NCBI GenBank assembly: GCA_964252035.1
Contig: OZ176207.1
Strand: one strand, 5' to 3'
From: Podarcis erhardii
Taxonomy: Eukaryota
DNA length: 64,000 nucleotides
Made by a program: the position numbers and the translations under genes. Below, one piece after another: positions 26,167 to 38,553 of this stretch. Position 1 is the stretch's first letter, and each line of letters starts with the position of its first letter. Under the pieces are notes generated by a model, which saw only the letters and a list, made by a program, of their open reading frames with translations, ran no database searches and was not told the origin of the DNA.

Positions 26167-27094
26167 GTAAGCATCCACTCTGGTTTTATTCCTGTTGACA
26201 AACTAATGATATGTCTGTCCTCTCAAGTACAATAATGACTACGTAACTGTCCTGGATAATTTAATATGCGAATGTTATATTTTCATTTATTTGTTTTCGT
26301 AAAAGCATTGAAAAAATGTGAAGAATTAAAAAGCTCTGCTTTAATCATTAATGCTTGGTACTAAAAATATTTAAAATGCATTATTAAAAGTATATTATCA
26401 TAGTATCCTTTGATTTTACTTTGAGCTTATTTTTCTATGACAATATGCAAATCCCAGATACACAAGTACTATTTTTTCTTAATAATTTTCATGATTCTTT
26501 CCATTCATTCTAATTCAGGTTCTCAAAAGGTGATGCAGTTTTGTTTATCATAGTCTTGGATCGTGAACTTACATTTTCAAGTACTTGAGGAAGAGTGGCC
26601 ATATCAAAAGATTCTTTGCTGGTTATTCTTTGCTCAGTGATAGTTCAAGCTGATACATGAATTTCTGTATAATAGCAATATAGCAGGTTCTTGCTACTGC
26701 CCAGCAGATAATTAAGCACACTCGAGTCCATTTAAATCAATAGGTTTAAGAAGGCTCAGTTGCTACATTTTTTTAAAAAAAAAATGTGCAAGTTCTGTTT
26801 TTGCAGCAATTAATAAGTGGATCTCCAGTATTTCATATCAAGAGAGATTCTCTAAATGGTCAATTTAAATGTAAGGGATCAGAAGTCTTTGAAGTGAGAG
26901 ATACATACTGACCTGTAATATGTCTGCTTTTTGTTTTGCATTACCAAAACTGAGGCAGCAAAATAACCTTCTAACCTAAATGCTAATTCAGATAACTTGT
27001 TAAATTAATTCCAAGTGAAATTAAATTCAACAAGCAAATTTTAAAGATTGTGGAACTGGTCTAAAATGTGACAGGTGATTGTACTTTTTTTCAG

Positions 27095-27159
27095 GTGATG
27101 GAGGAAATGATGTCAATATGATCCAGGCAGCAGACTGTGGAATTGGAATTGAAGGAAAG
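27095..27159 (+). CDS. ATP9B: ATP9B coding exon (GDGGND motif)
   Basis: ttttcag|GT..AAG|gtata; (G)[21 protein letters not shown]. Confidence 0.96.
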
Positions 27160-27433
27160 GTATATTTATTACAGAGTTTATTAAATGTATACTTTATAAT
27201 GTGTTAGAAACCACTGGTTAAAATTGTAAATATGTTTGGTATATGTATATCTTACTCATGATTTGTTGTAATAACAATAGTAAAAGTTCATGCTGTGTAT
27301 AAATCTCCATCACTTGAATTTTCAGATTTGGAGGTGCTCATATTAAACCTGTTAATAGATGGTACTTTTTCCAAGGTGATGTTTACAGTGTTGATCATTT
27401 TTTAAAAATGTGTGATTCTTATTTTCAATTTAG

Positions 27434-27589
27434 GAGGGGAAACAAGCTTCTTTGGCTGCTGATTTTTCAATTACACAATTTAAACACATTGGCCGGCTGC
27501 TGATGGTACATGGTCGAAATAGTTACAAAAGATCGGCAGCACTTGGTCAGTTTGTCATGCACAGAGGCCTTATTATTTCAACTATGCAG
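27434..27589 (+). CDS. ATP9B: ATP9B coding exon
   Basis: tttag|GAG..CAG|gtatt; [52 protein letters not shown]. Confidence 0.97.
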
Positions 27590-27707
27590 GTATTTAATTC
27601 TTTTTGCTTTCATGGTGAACTGTTTACCTACATTGTTCTAGCCTTTAAATAATTTCCCCAGATTATCTGTAGGAATCCCAGTATAATATACTGTGTTCTT
27701 CCTCTAG

Positions 27708-27772
27708 GCTGTGTTTTCTTCAGTCTTCTATTTTGCATCTGTTCCTTTATACCAAGGTTTCCTCATGGTAGG
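27708..27772 (+). CDS. ATP9B: ATP9B coding exon (transmembrane)
   Basis: ctctag|GCT..GG|gtaagt; AVFSSVFYFASVPLYQGFLMV(G). Confidence 0.96.
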
Positions 27773-28303
27773 GTAAGTAAGAGATTTAGTTCTACAAAAA
27801 CTTTATTTCAGAGGTGTTTTGGTTTTTTGTTTACAGCGATCATCATTATTATGATAATGGCTATTAGTTATAATGAACAGTAACATTCATTATGTTACCA
27901 CTATTACGGCATGTAATATGTTACCATTATAGGTAGCCACTATAATCTTTTTCTTATGGCCTCAAAAACAGTGCTAATTCTAGACAGAAACCAATGAATT
28001 GAAGCATGTGCCACTAATGGCTACTTCACACAAGTCAAATTTAGTTTATCTCATGCTCGCTAATCCACATGCAGCAGGCCTCAATTTTCAATGAGTTCCT
28101 GTGAACCTCCCTCTTAAGTATAAATGATATAAAACAGATACATAATCAGATTGTGTTATTTTGATTGGTGAAGATAAAAATGTTAAAAGTAAGACTAACA
28201 TACGCCATAGCTTGCATGGGCACCAAGATATTATTATGGAAGTGAAAACACGTTTATGTAAAGGATACATTTTAAAATATTTTTCAAATGATTTCTCCCT
28301 GAG

Positions 28304-28412
28304 GTATGCAACCATATACACGATGTTCCCAGTTTTCTCTTTAGTGCTGGATCAGGATGTGAAACCGGAAATGGCACTCCTTTATCCAGAACTTTATAAA
28401 GACCTTACTAAG
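28304..28412 (+). CDS. ATP9B: ATP9B coding exon
   Basis: ccctgag|G..AAG|gtaag; (G)[36 protein letters not shown]. Confidence 0.95.
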
Positions 28413-29222
28413 GTAAGAGTTTTCAAAACAGGTTCATGTGGGTGACATTCTTTCCTTTTTTTTCTTTTTTCCCCTTGGCCCTATGTTCATTTATTTCATA
28501 TAATTTGTACACCATTTGATTGTAAAAAAAAATTAAAGCAGTTTGCAAAAAGAGTTGCCACTTCCAGAGCAAGTAATACAGTGATAAGTTGACATTATAT
28601 ACATTTTGCCTTGAACACTGGGCAGTTTCTTCATATTAAGACCAGCATCAGCACCCTTGAGCAGCTGCTGGGACCCAAGTAGTAGGTGTTTTGGTTCACC
28701 CACTCTCTTGACTGCAGCTGATTCTGGGAATCATCATTCAGGGGCATTGTGGGTAATTTAGATGGTTGGTGGATTCCCAGCCCCTGCCACATGGGAGAAT
28801 GCTCCACCTGTGTGCAGTGCGAAGTCATGGTCCATGGATACCATTTGGCATATTATAGTTGCATGTGTTGATTTTAAGGGAGAAAGTGAAATTGTGTGTT
28901 ATATCAGTAATGAAAAACAAACGTCCCTTTCAAAACAACAGCTGAGGTTGTTTTTTTCAGAAGTGATTATAATTATTTCAAAATTGAAGCACAGCACTAT
29001 ATATTCAGTAGGGAAATTGAATCTTTTTTGCAAAAGTTTAAATAAATCTTTTAAGTTTAGGTACCAAATGTAATTGCTTAAATGTAGCCCATATATTCTG
29101 TTTTTAAAATCAGGTCGTTGTAGTCCCAAAATATATAATTAAAAATACATCGTTTTTTGCTAATTGAATATATTTTGCCTTGTCCAAGTTGCTTACAAAC
29201 TTCCTTTCATTATTTCTTTTAG

Positions 29223-29280
29223 GGAAGATCTTTGTCATTTAAGACTTTCCTCATCTGGGTTTTAATCAGTATTTACCAAG
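29223..29280 (+). CDS. ATP9B: ATP9B coding exon
   Basis: cttttag|GGA..CAAG|gtaag; GRSLSFKTFLIWVLISIYQ(G). Confidence 0.96.
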
Positions 29281-29627
29281 GTAAGAGGTCTGTCTTGGTC
29301 TTTTTCTTGAGTACATTTTTTTTGTCTTCTAACAGTTCCATTTCAGCTTTCACAATTAAATTTCCAAAACTTAACGTTTCATCCACAGGGCTTTTAAAAA
29401 TTGCTTTATGTTTATCTTGAAATATGATATTCAAGTAGTGTCAGACCTATTAATTGCAGTTCAACATTGATCTTTCCCCCCCAAGCCTGTTTGAGCCCCT
29501 TTCCCATATTCTCCATGCAGTCCCTGAATGCCTAGAATGAGGAGTGGAAGTGTGGTAACTAACCATGCATGAAGAAGATGAGCTCTACAGTGAATCCATT
29601 ATTAAAGTTCTTGTATATCTTTCTCAG

Positions 29628-29831
29628 GTGGCATTCTGATGTATGGAGCTCTTTTGCTTTTCGAATCTGAATTTGTCCATGTTGTTGCCATTTCTTTCAC
29701 TGCACTAATCCTGACTGAGCTTTTGATGGTTGCACTTACCATACGAACATGGCATTGGTTAATGGTGGTGGCTGAAATCTTCAGCCTTTGCTGTTATGTG
29801 GCCTCGCTTGCATTTCTAAATGAATATTTTG
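29628..29831 (+). CDS. ATP9B: ATP9B coding exon (transmembrane)
   Basis: tctcag|GT..TTTG|gtgagt; (G)[67 protein letters not shown]. Confidence 0.97.
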
Positions 29832-30346
29832 GTGAGTAGCTATCACTTACATAATGGGTAGTATCTATTGTTCTGTTTTAAGATGTGCTATGTTTACACA
29901 GCTGTGAGCAGTATGACAGTAGTTTTTGTCTGAATTTAATTCAGATGTATTAATTTTATCCAGATATGTGGACTGTCGCCATAGGTAATAACAGGCAACC
30001 TACATTATATATAAAAATCTGACCTTTATCACAAGGGGTTGTGTTAGGATTCCTCTTCGCAGCATTCAAATTAAAAACGCTGTTGGAGGTATGGAGTTAC
30101 TGACCTCTGTCTTCTGTTTATCTAACATAGCTCTTAAAAATAACATTCACTTTTAGAATATACTCCAGAATGTATTTTTAAATCTGAAATGGTACGGTCT
30201 GTAGGAGAGCAGCCTTCAGATACTACTAACCACTTTCAAACCTTTCAGCTCTCTCTTAACACATTCCTTTTTTATATATTGCATCTTCTCTTATTTCCTT
30301 GTTTTTCTATAAATCTGTCCTTTCTTCTTCCACCTTATCGGAGCAG

Positions 30347-30379
30347 GTATAGGCAGAGTGTCTTTTGGAGCTTTCTTAG
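30347..30379 (+). CDS. ATP9B: ATP9B 33-nt in-frame cassette exon (GIGRVSFGAFL)
   Basis: gagcag|GTATAGGCAGAGTGTCTTTTGGAGCTTTCTTAG|gtaggt; symmetric phase 1; matches the 11-aa segment recalled from the long mammalian ATP9B isoform. Confidence 0.9.
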
Positions 30380-31016
30380 GTAGGTATAATTGCTATTTTC
30401 TTAAAGGTAAAGTGCCCCACAGAGCACTAGGACAATTTTGCCAAAACAGTAACAGGCATCCCTTTTTTGCTAGCATTGAAAAAACAGTTTTCTTTTCATA
30501 TTCCACTGCATGGTAATTACTTGGAATCTTAATGGATTTGTATTGAAAAGGACTGATCAGGTTCTTAATTGTTTAATTGAATATGTATTTAAATTTACAT
30601 GCGCAAATATCAGTGAAAGTGTGTCAACAATCCTGAAATCCATAAAATTCAGCTTTCAAAGTTTAAAATTTGCTTTTAATTTTGTTTAAATCATGCTGGA
30701 TTTTTAAAAGGTGGCATATTTGAACACCTTGCCTTTGTTCTTTGACATTTGCCTTTGAGCAAGAGCCTGGCCTTTTCAAATCTGTCATAGTGGTGTTATT
30801 CAGTCCATTTTCAGGAGAGACTGATTTAATAAAGCAATTTTAAAAGAAACATATGACACTGTACAGCTGTGGCCTAATATTAATCAGCTCCCACCACCTC
30901 ACAGTCTTATAAAATAGCCTGTGACAAGAGTTCAGTGATATTTATTGATCTTGCACATTGGACATTCCCCCAATTTCCTGCTTTTATAACTTATTTTCGC
31001 TTTTTTATGTCTATAG

Positions 31017-31153
31017 ATCTTGCCTTTATCACAACTGTGACCTTCCTGTGGAAAGTGTCAGCCATCACTGTAGTAAGCTGTCTTCCACTTTATATTCTGA
31101 AGTACTTAAAACGTAAATTTTCTCCTCCAAGTTATTCCAAACTTACCTCGTAA
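31017..31153 (+). CDS. ATP9B: ATP9B terminal coding exon
   Basis: ctatag|AT; (D)[44 protein letters not shown]; TAA at 31151-31153. Confidence 0.97.
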
Positions 31154-32960
31154 AAGTGACTGCACACCTGTGTTTTTTCCACCAATGTGACTATACCTAG
31201 AAATTGCTTCAAGCATTCACACTCTACTTCAGTCTGTAATAGAGAGAAGAAAAATAATAACCAGAAAAATGGAGCAAACAGCACAAAAAAGATGGGGAAC
31301 CTCTTCGAGGTGTTACAGTGAGCTTATTAGCAGAACTGTTCAGAACAAACATGTTTCCTTTTGTACACAGCTTTTTTAAACTTCTGAGTTAACAGTGCTA
31401 CTGAATTATTTAATTGCTACTGTAAAGGATTTATTCCTACTGCACTATTTTTCTGCACATGAAACTGAAAACATTTTTTCCTGTAAGCTCATAATTTACT
31501 GATAGACACATTCTTTCATCGGAATATTCATTCATTCCCACGTAAAAAAAGTGTAACAAGCCTAGAAACTGTAAATGCGATTGTCTGTATTTGCTGCTCT
31601 ATGTAACCGATATATGCACTATATGAATTATGTACAGCTGTCTGCGTAGCACAGTATTTGTTTGGGATCTGTGGTCCTTTTTCCTCCCCTGTACTCTCCA
31701 TTGCTAGCTGCATTAAGAAATCCGTGTCATAGATAGCAGCCTTTCAATTGCAGATGGAAGCCACATTGCACAAAACGTGATGGAAATAAATTCCTGTACA
31801 TATTTACATTATACCTATCGATCTGTACAGATTGACCTAGACTTTACTGTTCAGTAAATGTTTTATAAACTCCTAGCTGCTTTGTATTTGTAAAGCTATA
31901 CTCCAGAAGCGTAAGCGCATTACTGAACATTTCATATATAGAAATTAACCTTGGATGAAAGAAAATCCACCAACAATGGGTTCTGTGCAGCTTTCGTCGT
32001 TTTAGTGGGGATTTTGCTCAAGCCCCATGGAAAATGGTTATGTAGCACCCATGCTTAATGGATCATTCCCAAACAGTCTGTTCTGGGTGTAGGAGTTTCT
32101 GTGTCTATGCACAACTCCTCTTCCTGGAATGTTTCCCCCATTGATTTCAGTAGATGGAACTGATCCACATACATGGTTCCTCTTTGTACATGTGGATTGA
32201 CTTTCTGTTTGAAATAATGAGGGTTTCTCCACAAACTTCATTTGAACATAGACTGTACATGGAACTCTTGAGTCAGGCAAGTACATGCACATTGTAATCG
32301 TTTTCTTAAGGTTACTCAGGTAAAAAGGATAAAATGGACAACAGAATAATAGTAAAAAATCCATCATCTTCCAAAACTTAATCTTTATATTTCTGAGTTA
32401 GTTACAACAAAGAAAAGAAAATAACACACTCTAATCTGATGTAATCTTGATGGATAGTTGTCTGAATCTTACGTACTGTATTATTATGCAGGATATTTTT
32501 TCTCCACAGTGCTGTTTCCTTTTTCAAGAAATAGATGTACCAGGTTATTTAGCTTAGTCAAGTACCAGCTGAAAGAATAAATATAATTTACCCATGTTTC
32601 TTTACTAAAAATAATAGTTTATTTGTATGTTTTAAGCAATTAATAATTGTCTTTTGTATCACATTGTTTTGTTAGACTATCTCACAACTCCTTTTATAGT
32701 TACTTAGAACCATCATCTTATGCCCTTCTTATTTTATAATGATGCTAATCTTGGACACCTCCACAGACAGACTGTTGCCAAGCTAGTTGAGCTACAATCC
32801 AACTCCATTTGTTTTGAAGATGTTTTAATAGCAACTGATCCTTGCTTCTTTTTTAATAAAAAAAAAATTTTTTTCATTATAAAAGCAATAAAACCTCATT
32901 TCTACCAAATATTATTATTGCAAGTTTGTAAAATAAACATGTTTGGTAGTGTTTCTGTTA
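31154..32960 (+). other. ATP9B: Probable ATP9B 3' UTR (end uncertain)
   Basis: AT-rich and free of recognisable repeats after the stop; AATAAA at 31785, 32887 and 32932; the last is followed by a GT/T-rich tract. Confidence 0.55.
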
Positions 32961-32970
32961 TGCTTTGCTC
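32932..32970 (+). terminator. Candidate polyadenylation signal with downstream GU-rich element
   Basis: AATAAA (32932-32937) then catgtttggtagtgtttctgttatgctttgc. Confidence 0.5.
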
Positions 32971-35900
32971 ATTAATTTTCTTTCTGTGAGCTTATGGAAC
33001 AATCAGTTAATCACAGTGCCCACTAGATGTCATCAGGTTGTTGCGGGGGGGGGGGGGGGGCGCTATGTGCTGGCACACTGCTCTGCTCATGATATGTGAA
33101 ATCTGCTAAGCTTTTATATGTGCTGTGTTTTAATTATTGTAACTGAAAACAAAGCTAAAATATGTCCAGTTCTTTTTGGAATACAATTACAAATTACCAT
33201 CAGCTTATGAACAGAGTAGTCAGCAATATTATATCCAATGTCCATTTTCCATTGTAATTATTTATCCATATGTTCCAAGCAGGCAAAAACCTCACCGTGT
33301 TTAAATTCAGTACATGACAAAAGGTGCTTGGTCATCTTTTGATATAAAATAACTTTTATTGTGGGCTAAATTAATAAAAAAGAAAAACAGACCTGGTTTA
33401 ACAAATGCAAGTAGTTTTACCTGAGCATATCTGTGTACAAGAACGCAAATATACATAAGTGTATTGTGTATCTCATGTATATAAATATGTACATATGTAT
33501 ATTAAAAATTAACTGACTATTACATGGTTAGTGTGAGAGCACTGTGTGAAAAGAACACAATTAACCAATATTTGTCACTTGCTCTTATTATACCTAATGC
33601 AAACAGGAAAGAAAAGCATTACCATTTCACTTTTGCGGTACTTCTACTGCGAGCTTTGTAGGTGGAAGTGCAGTGCACAGTACCTGTTACATAACTTTTC
33701 CTTTTCCAGCACTTACTCCTATGTGAGGGCACAGAGAGTTAAAGTGTGGGGGCTCATTCTTCCTTTGTAACAGGAAAACATTCTGAAGCAAGTGTACATG
33801 GAGTGCCAATATCTAAAACCTGTTTGCCCAAAAAGCAAACAATCAGACTAGCCCATGCTACAGCAAGATTGGGAAGAAGATGGAGCAATTTGACACCTTT
33901 CCCCTTTCTTGATGCTTGTGTCAAGGAGGAGCTATGGTTTTTTCTTGCAGGTTAACTCTAGGCATATTTCAACTTGTAAGCGCCCTGAGTTCCATGCACA
34001 CATGTCATTTGATATATGAAATTGCATGACATGTGCAAGTGTAATTCAGGATGCTGAGGCCGTTTTTATGACATGTAAAATCCTTGAATGCAGCAAGGTA
34101 TGGTCATCAGAAACATGACTTCCCTGTTGAAATAGCACTAATTTATCACCACCCAATTGATGGATTGATTCATGTTTATTCATCACACAATTATGTCTAG
34201 AGAGCCTGTGGACAAATTCAGAACCACTATTTGCCATGAAAAGGTGATCTTCAGACTTCATTAGCCATTCAAACCAAATATGTCTGTATCAAATGTGTGG
34301 AGAGTTATATCTTAGTTCTTTAAGTGTGTGAAACTAAAGACAGAGAAGAATTCAAGTCGCTCCTGATTTCCTTTTAGTCATATTAGCCAAAACCAAAGAT
34401 TACAGTGGTGGAAGGAATTTACCTAGATATAAGAGTCTGTCATAAAGAAGTGAATGAAATACATGAATTCATTTCAAGGTTAAGTGGCCCAGCTTTCACA
34501 GAAAACCCAGTTTTCACATTGTAGCTAGGGTTGTAGGCTTCAGTGAATGACAGGGTTTCTGTGACTTTACACATTGCTTATACTGGAGATCCTCAGTAGT
34601 GACAGCACACCTGCGATATATATCTTCTATCACAATTAATGACACAGGGAAAACCTGGTCCCTACTAAATCAGGCAGTCCAGAGATATACTGAAAATAAC
34701 AGGGAGCGATTGTGCTGAATATTTCAAAAGGCAAAGTCTGATCAGGTCTGAACAGTACTGGAACTAGTCATGTGCCATTTCATTTTTGAGACAGCATTGA
34801 ACCAGTTAACCAAGTGTGTGTTTCAAGGCTCGTGACTCTTTTATTGGGAATGGTCTGTGTATCCTGTAATTCCACCAGAGCACAGAATGTAAAAATTCAG
34901 CTTCTTGAATATTTCCATTTCAGCAGAGAAAGAGTTTTACTGTGTGATGGAATGACTTAATTTAGGGGGACTAGCTACTGTCCTGCTTACTACCAGAATT
35001 CCTATTATTGTTTCTGAGAGGCATTATGCTCCCCACCCATTTCCTAAAATTGTCGTTACTTGTGCTGAGGCTGGAAATTGTCTCGTGATTCTACCTGCAA
35101 GGCCTCTTTTCCTTTTTTCAAATGCCATAGTTGATGTTTCTCCCTACAGATGCTGGTGTAAGAATAGCGAGAGAATCAGGCCCCAGCTCCCTGCAACGCT
35201 CTTTGTTTTAACAGCACATTTGTACATTTAGGCTGGTATTATTATTATTATAACTCAGTTGAAATGAAAATAATAAAAAAGCCCTTCAATATGCTAGCCC
35301 CCCTGCAGGGAAGAAAATCAGCAGTAGGGAACAGAGACAACACAGTCCCAGCATTATATGTAAACAAACAGGAGGTACAATATCTTTTAACGCTGTTGAA
35401 AAGCATAGGAATTTCTCTAGTAAACAAAACACAGTCAGAGCTATATGATTCCCAAGCAGTATTAACAACCCAACAGATGCCCTCAGCAGGGTTCACAGCT
35501 GTTATTGTGTGAGTAGGTCTTTGCTCAGCCAATTGCCGGTGAAAATCTTCCCTTTCAGATACGGAACTACAGTCAAAGGCCTATTTGCCACTCCATCAGC
35601 TGAAAGCCATAGATTTGATGAGTGCATTCTGCAGCAGAGTCAGCACAGTCAGATGCCTGTAACAGAACACATTCATGAACCGTTTTGCAATCACATGTCT
35701 CTCCCTTCTGCTGTTACTTTTATTCCAAATTAGGGTTCAGACTAATATTCAGCAGCCTTCATTTGCTTATCTAGGCACACAAGCAGCAGATTCTGGGTTT
35801 ATAATTTAAGGATCTTTCAAGATCTTTCAGCGGGGGGGGGGGGGAGAGGATTCACAGTTTTCAAAGATTTCAGGTGGTTCTTCATTTAACTTATTACCTA

Positions 35901-37155
35901 GGCGACCCTTTGTTCGAACAGCCCATATCAGGAATACATTCATCTCATTCACATATAATTCTAAACTATATGTTATTAAACCATGACTTAGCAGTACATG
36001 TGAACTCTAGATGTTCTTGACTACAATTCCCATCAGCCAACACAGCTGTATTGGGAGACATATAGGAGCTGATGAATCTTGGAAGACAGCTAGTAGAGTG
36101 AGTTTGCAGTTGCAGGGAAATTTGATTGTTGAAAGCGAACTAAAGCCCTTGTCAAGAAGATCCCATAATTGAGAGGCACAGGAGAAATGTGAGTATCCAA
36201 AGCAAAGAATAGTTTGGGCAGGTGTAAAAATGGCACTCCTGTTGTGGTAGTGTGCAGAGATTGCAGGATAAGGAGTGAGGGCACCTGAGGAGGAAAATGG
36301 ACCCGTGGGGAACTTCAGCAATAATTAAAGGAGCAAAGATGGATGGAAAGAGAGAACAGAAGAGTGGAGACTGGTGGGGGAAATCCATCAGACTGGGAAA
36401 GACGGCTCTAAGATAAAATGAAAGGAAGGGTGGGTGGGTGGGTGAGAAAACAGGACAACAGACAGAATGAGCTAGTTAGAAAGTAAATTATTTTGGAGAC
36501 AATTAGATGTCAGTACAGTTACCAACTGTACAGGCAATAAATTCATTGATTTTAAGTAATGCTGCCCAAGATCTAGGATGCACTGTACAACATGTGATGG
36601 AAATTCAGAGGGGACAGTCAGGGACAGAGCACTGCTGGCAAGATGCCTTAAGAGGTTCAGGGTTTTTATTTTTTTGCAGTCAGCACCTCTTACTTAGGTT
36701 ATCCTAATTTCACAACCTCTGTTGAGCCCTTTTGGATAGGGAAGCCTATACATCAAAATTAATGACTACAAATTACCCTTTGATTTTTTGTTTCCACTTA
36801 AACAGCTGGAGAGTGGGGATTTGGATATCAATTTTGTAGGTACCCATAGTTCCACCACCACACAAGTTGGGCCTCCATTGCTCCACACACTTTGTTTCAG
36901 CTCTGGGGTCCTGCTGTGCTCCTTGTTAGTTATGAACTCATCACGAAAGGCTGCCTCTCAGTTCTAAGGATATGTGGTTCTGCTGATGTAGCCAGTTCCA
37001 TGATGGCAGCTAAAGTCCCTTTAGAAGATGATGGATGTGTGATGTTCTCCATAGCAATACTCCACATCACACTGCCATAAAGGTACAGATTTAACCTCGA
37101 TGTCATGGCTGTTCTGCTGCAGTCTTGATAAGTGGGGTGAGTAATTCACCTAGGT

Positions 37156-37272
37156 CAGACTTCCCCAACCAGGTGCCCTCCAGGTGTTTTAGACTACCAG
37201 CAAGTGAACTAGCTGAAGATGATGGGAGTTGTAGACCATAATATATGTAAGGCAGCAAGTTGGGGAAGGCTG
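37156..37272. mobile_element. Short hAT-like MITE
   Basis: TIRs CAGACTTCCCCAAC and GTTGGGGAAGGCTG; internal gatgggagttgtag motif; no clear TSD. Confidence 0.6.
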
Positions 37273-37682
37273 ACTCATCGTAGACACACAAACCCTTAAG
37301 ACATTTTGGCATCACAGTGGTAGTATATCCAATCCTAAGCACTTATTTGCCAAGGCAGGAATTCAAAATTGTATTCATGGGTTGCAATTTACACAGAGTG
37401 GATACAGGATGTGATCTTGCAGAATTGTGATCCCTGCAAAGCAGTTTTATTGCCTGTCCTTCCATGAGAACTGTGTTACTGAGGAATTATTTGCACGCTG
37501 CATCTAGTGAAGAAGTTGTCACTGGGAGAATATCCAGTGCAAAATGGCTATTATGCTATTATGCATCGCTGGGATGAAGGGAATGCGCAGTCCCACAATC
37601 TCCTGCACCTAGAGAAGTAGGTGATGCCTTCATCTTAACTGCTAAAATAATCTTTGTGGTCATAAGTAATAATTGAATAAAT

Positions 37683-38069
37683 CAGGGGTTGCTAGCATGG
37701 TGCCCACATGCCCACAGAGGTCTTCCTTGTTGCCCACAAGGTTCCTGCCTCCTCCTCCTCTTCCCCTTGGGACTTTGGCTTGAAAGAAACTTTCACATGT
37801 AGCTGATAGAATAGAGTGCAGTCTGTGCTTGGGCTGTGTTGTGTGCAGAGCCAGATTTAGGGGAGCATGACCGGTTCGTCCACTCTGGTCACCAAGCCGA
37901 GAGGGGGCCACAAGGAGCGCTACAAAACTGATAAACAATGGAAGGCGAGAGGCGGGGCACCACCCAATTTTAAAGCCCAAAGTCCACCACTGGGGTGTGT
38001 GGTGCCCACAGTGGTTTTTTTTCCTGTGTACAAATGTGCACAAGCACCCACCAAGGTTGGTGACCCCAT
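37683..38069. mobile_element. Non-autonomous hAT element
   Basis: CAGGGGTTGCTAGCATGGTGCCCAC start and GCACCCACCAAGGTTGGTGACCCC end. Confidence 0.55.
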
Positions 38070-38553
38070 CCTACAATGACCAGGAAAGGCATTGGCAGCC
38101 TTTATAATGCTGGGGACTTGGGTGTAGACTTGGAGAATAGCAAGTCTGATGTCTTTCACGGTGAAGTTAATTCAAGTGCTGGGGTTTTTCAGGAGAGAGA
38201 GAGAAATTGAGCTGCAGTTGTCTAGAAGTGAGTCTTTTTGTCAAGGAGTTCGGAGAAGAGGCAAGCGGTCACAGGGCCCCCCTGTTCACCTGCCATCTGT
38301 CCAAAAGCAATTACTTCCAAATGGCATAAAGGCCTGGAAAGAAGCTATACCTCGTTGGTAGCAGACTATACAAGCCATGGTCACTGACCTACTACTCAGG
38401 AGCACATGCGTCCCTCTTCTTGACACACAGCTAACTCATTCTGCCATTAAGACACATGAGCACAATAAGCTGTAGAGTTCTTGGGGGAAAGAAATAAAGG
38501 AAGGATGTTTTTTTATATATAAAGAAGTTGAAAAGCAGCTGGTTAGATATGAG

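Noticed and set aside
549-31153. Calling the gene ATP9A
   Set aside because: The GIGRVSFGAFL cassette, the C-terminus ([24 protein letters not shown]) and adjacency to NFATC1 all fit ATP9B.
33045-33060. Long G/C homopolymers (also near 18038, 35831, 48655, 58336) as functional G-quadruplexes
   Set aside because: Simple homopolymers with unreliable length and no supporting context.
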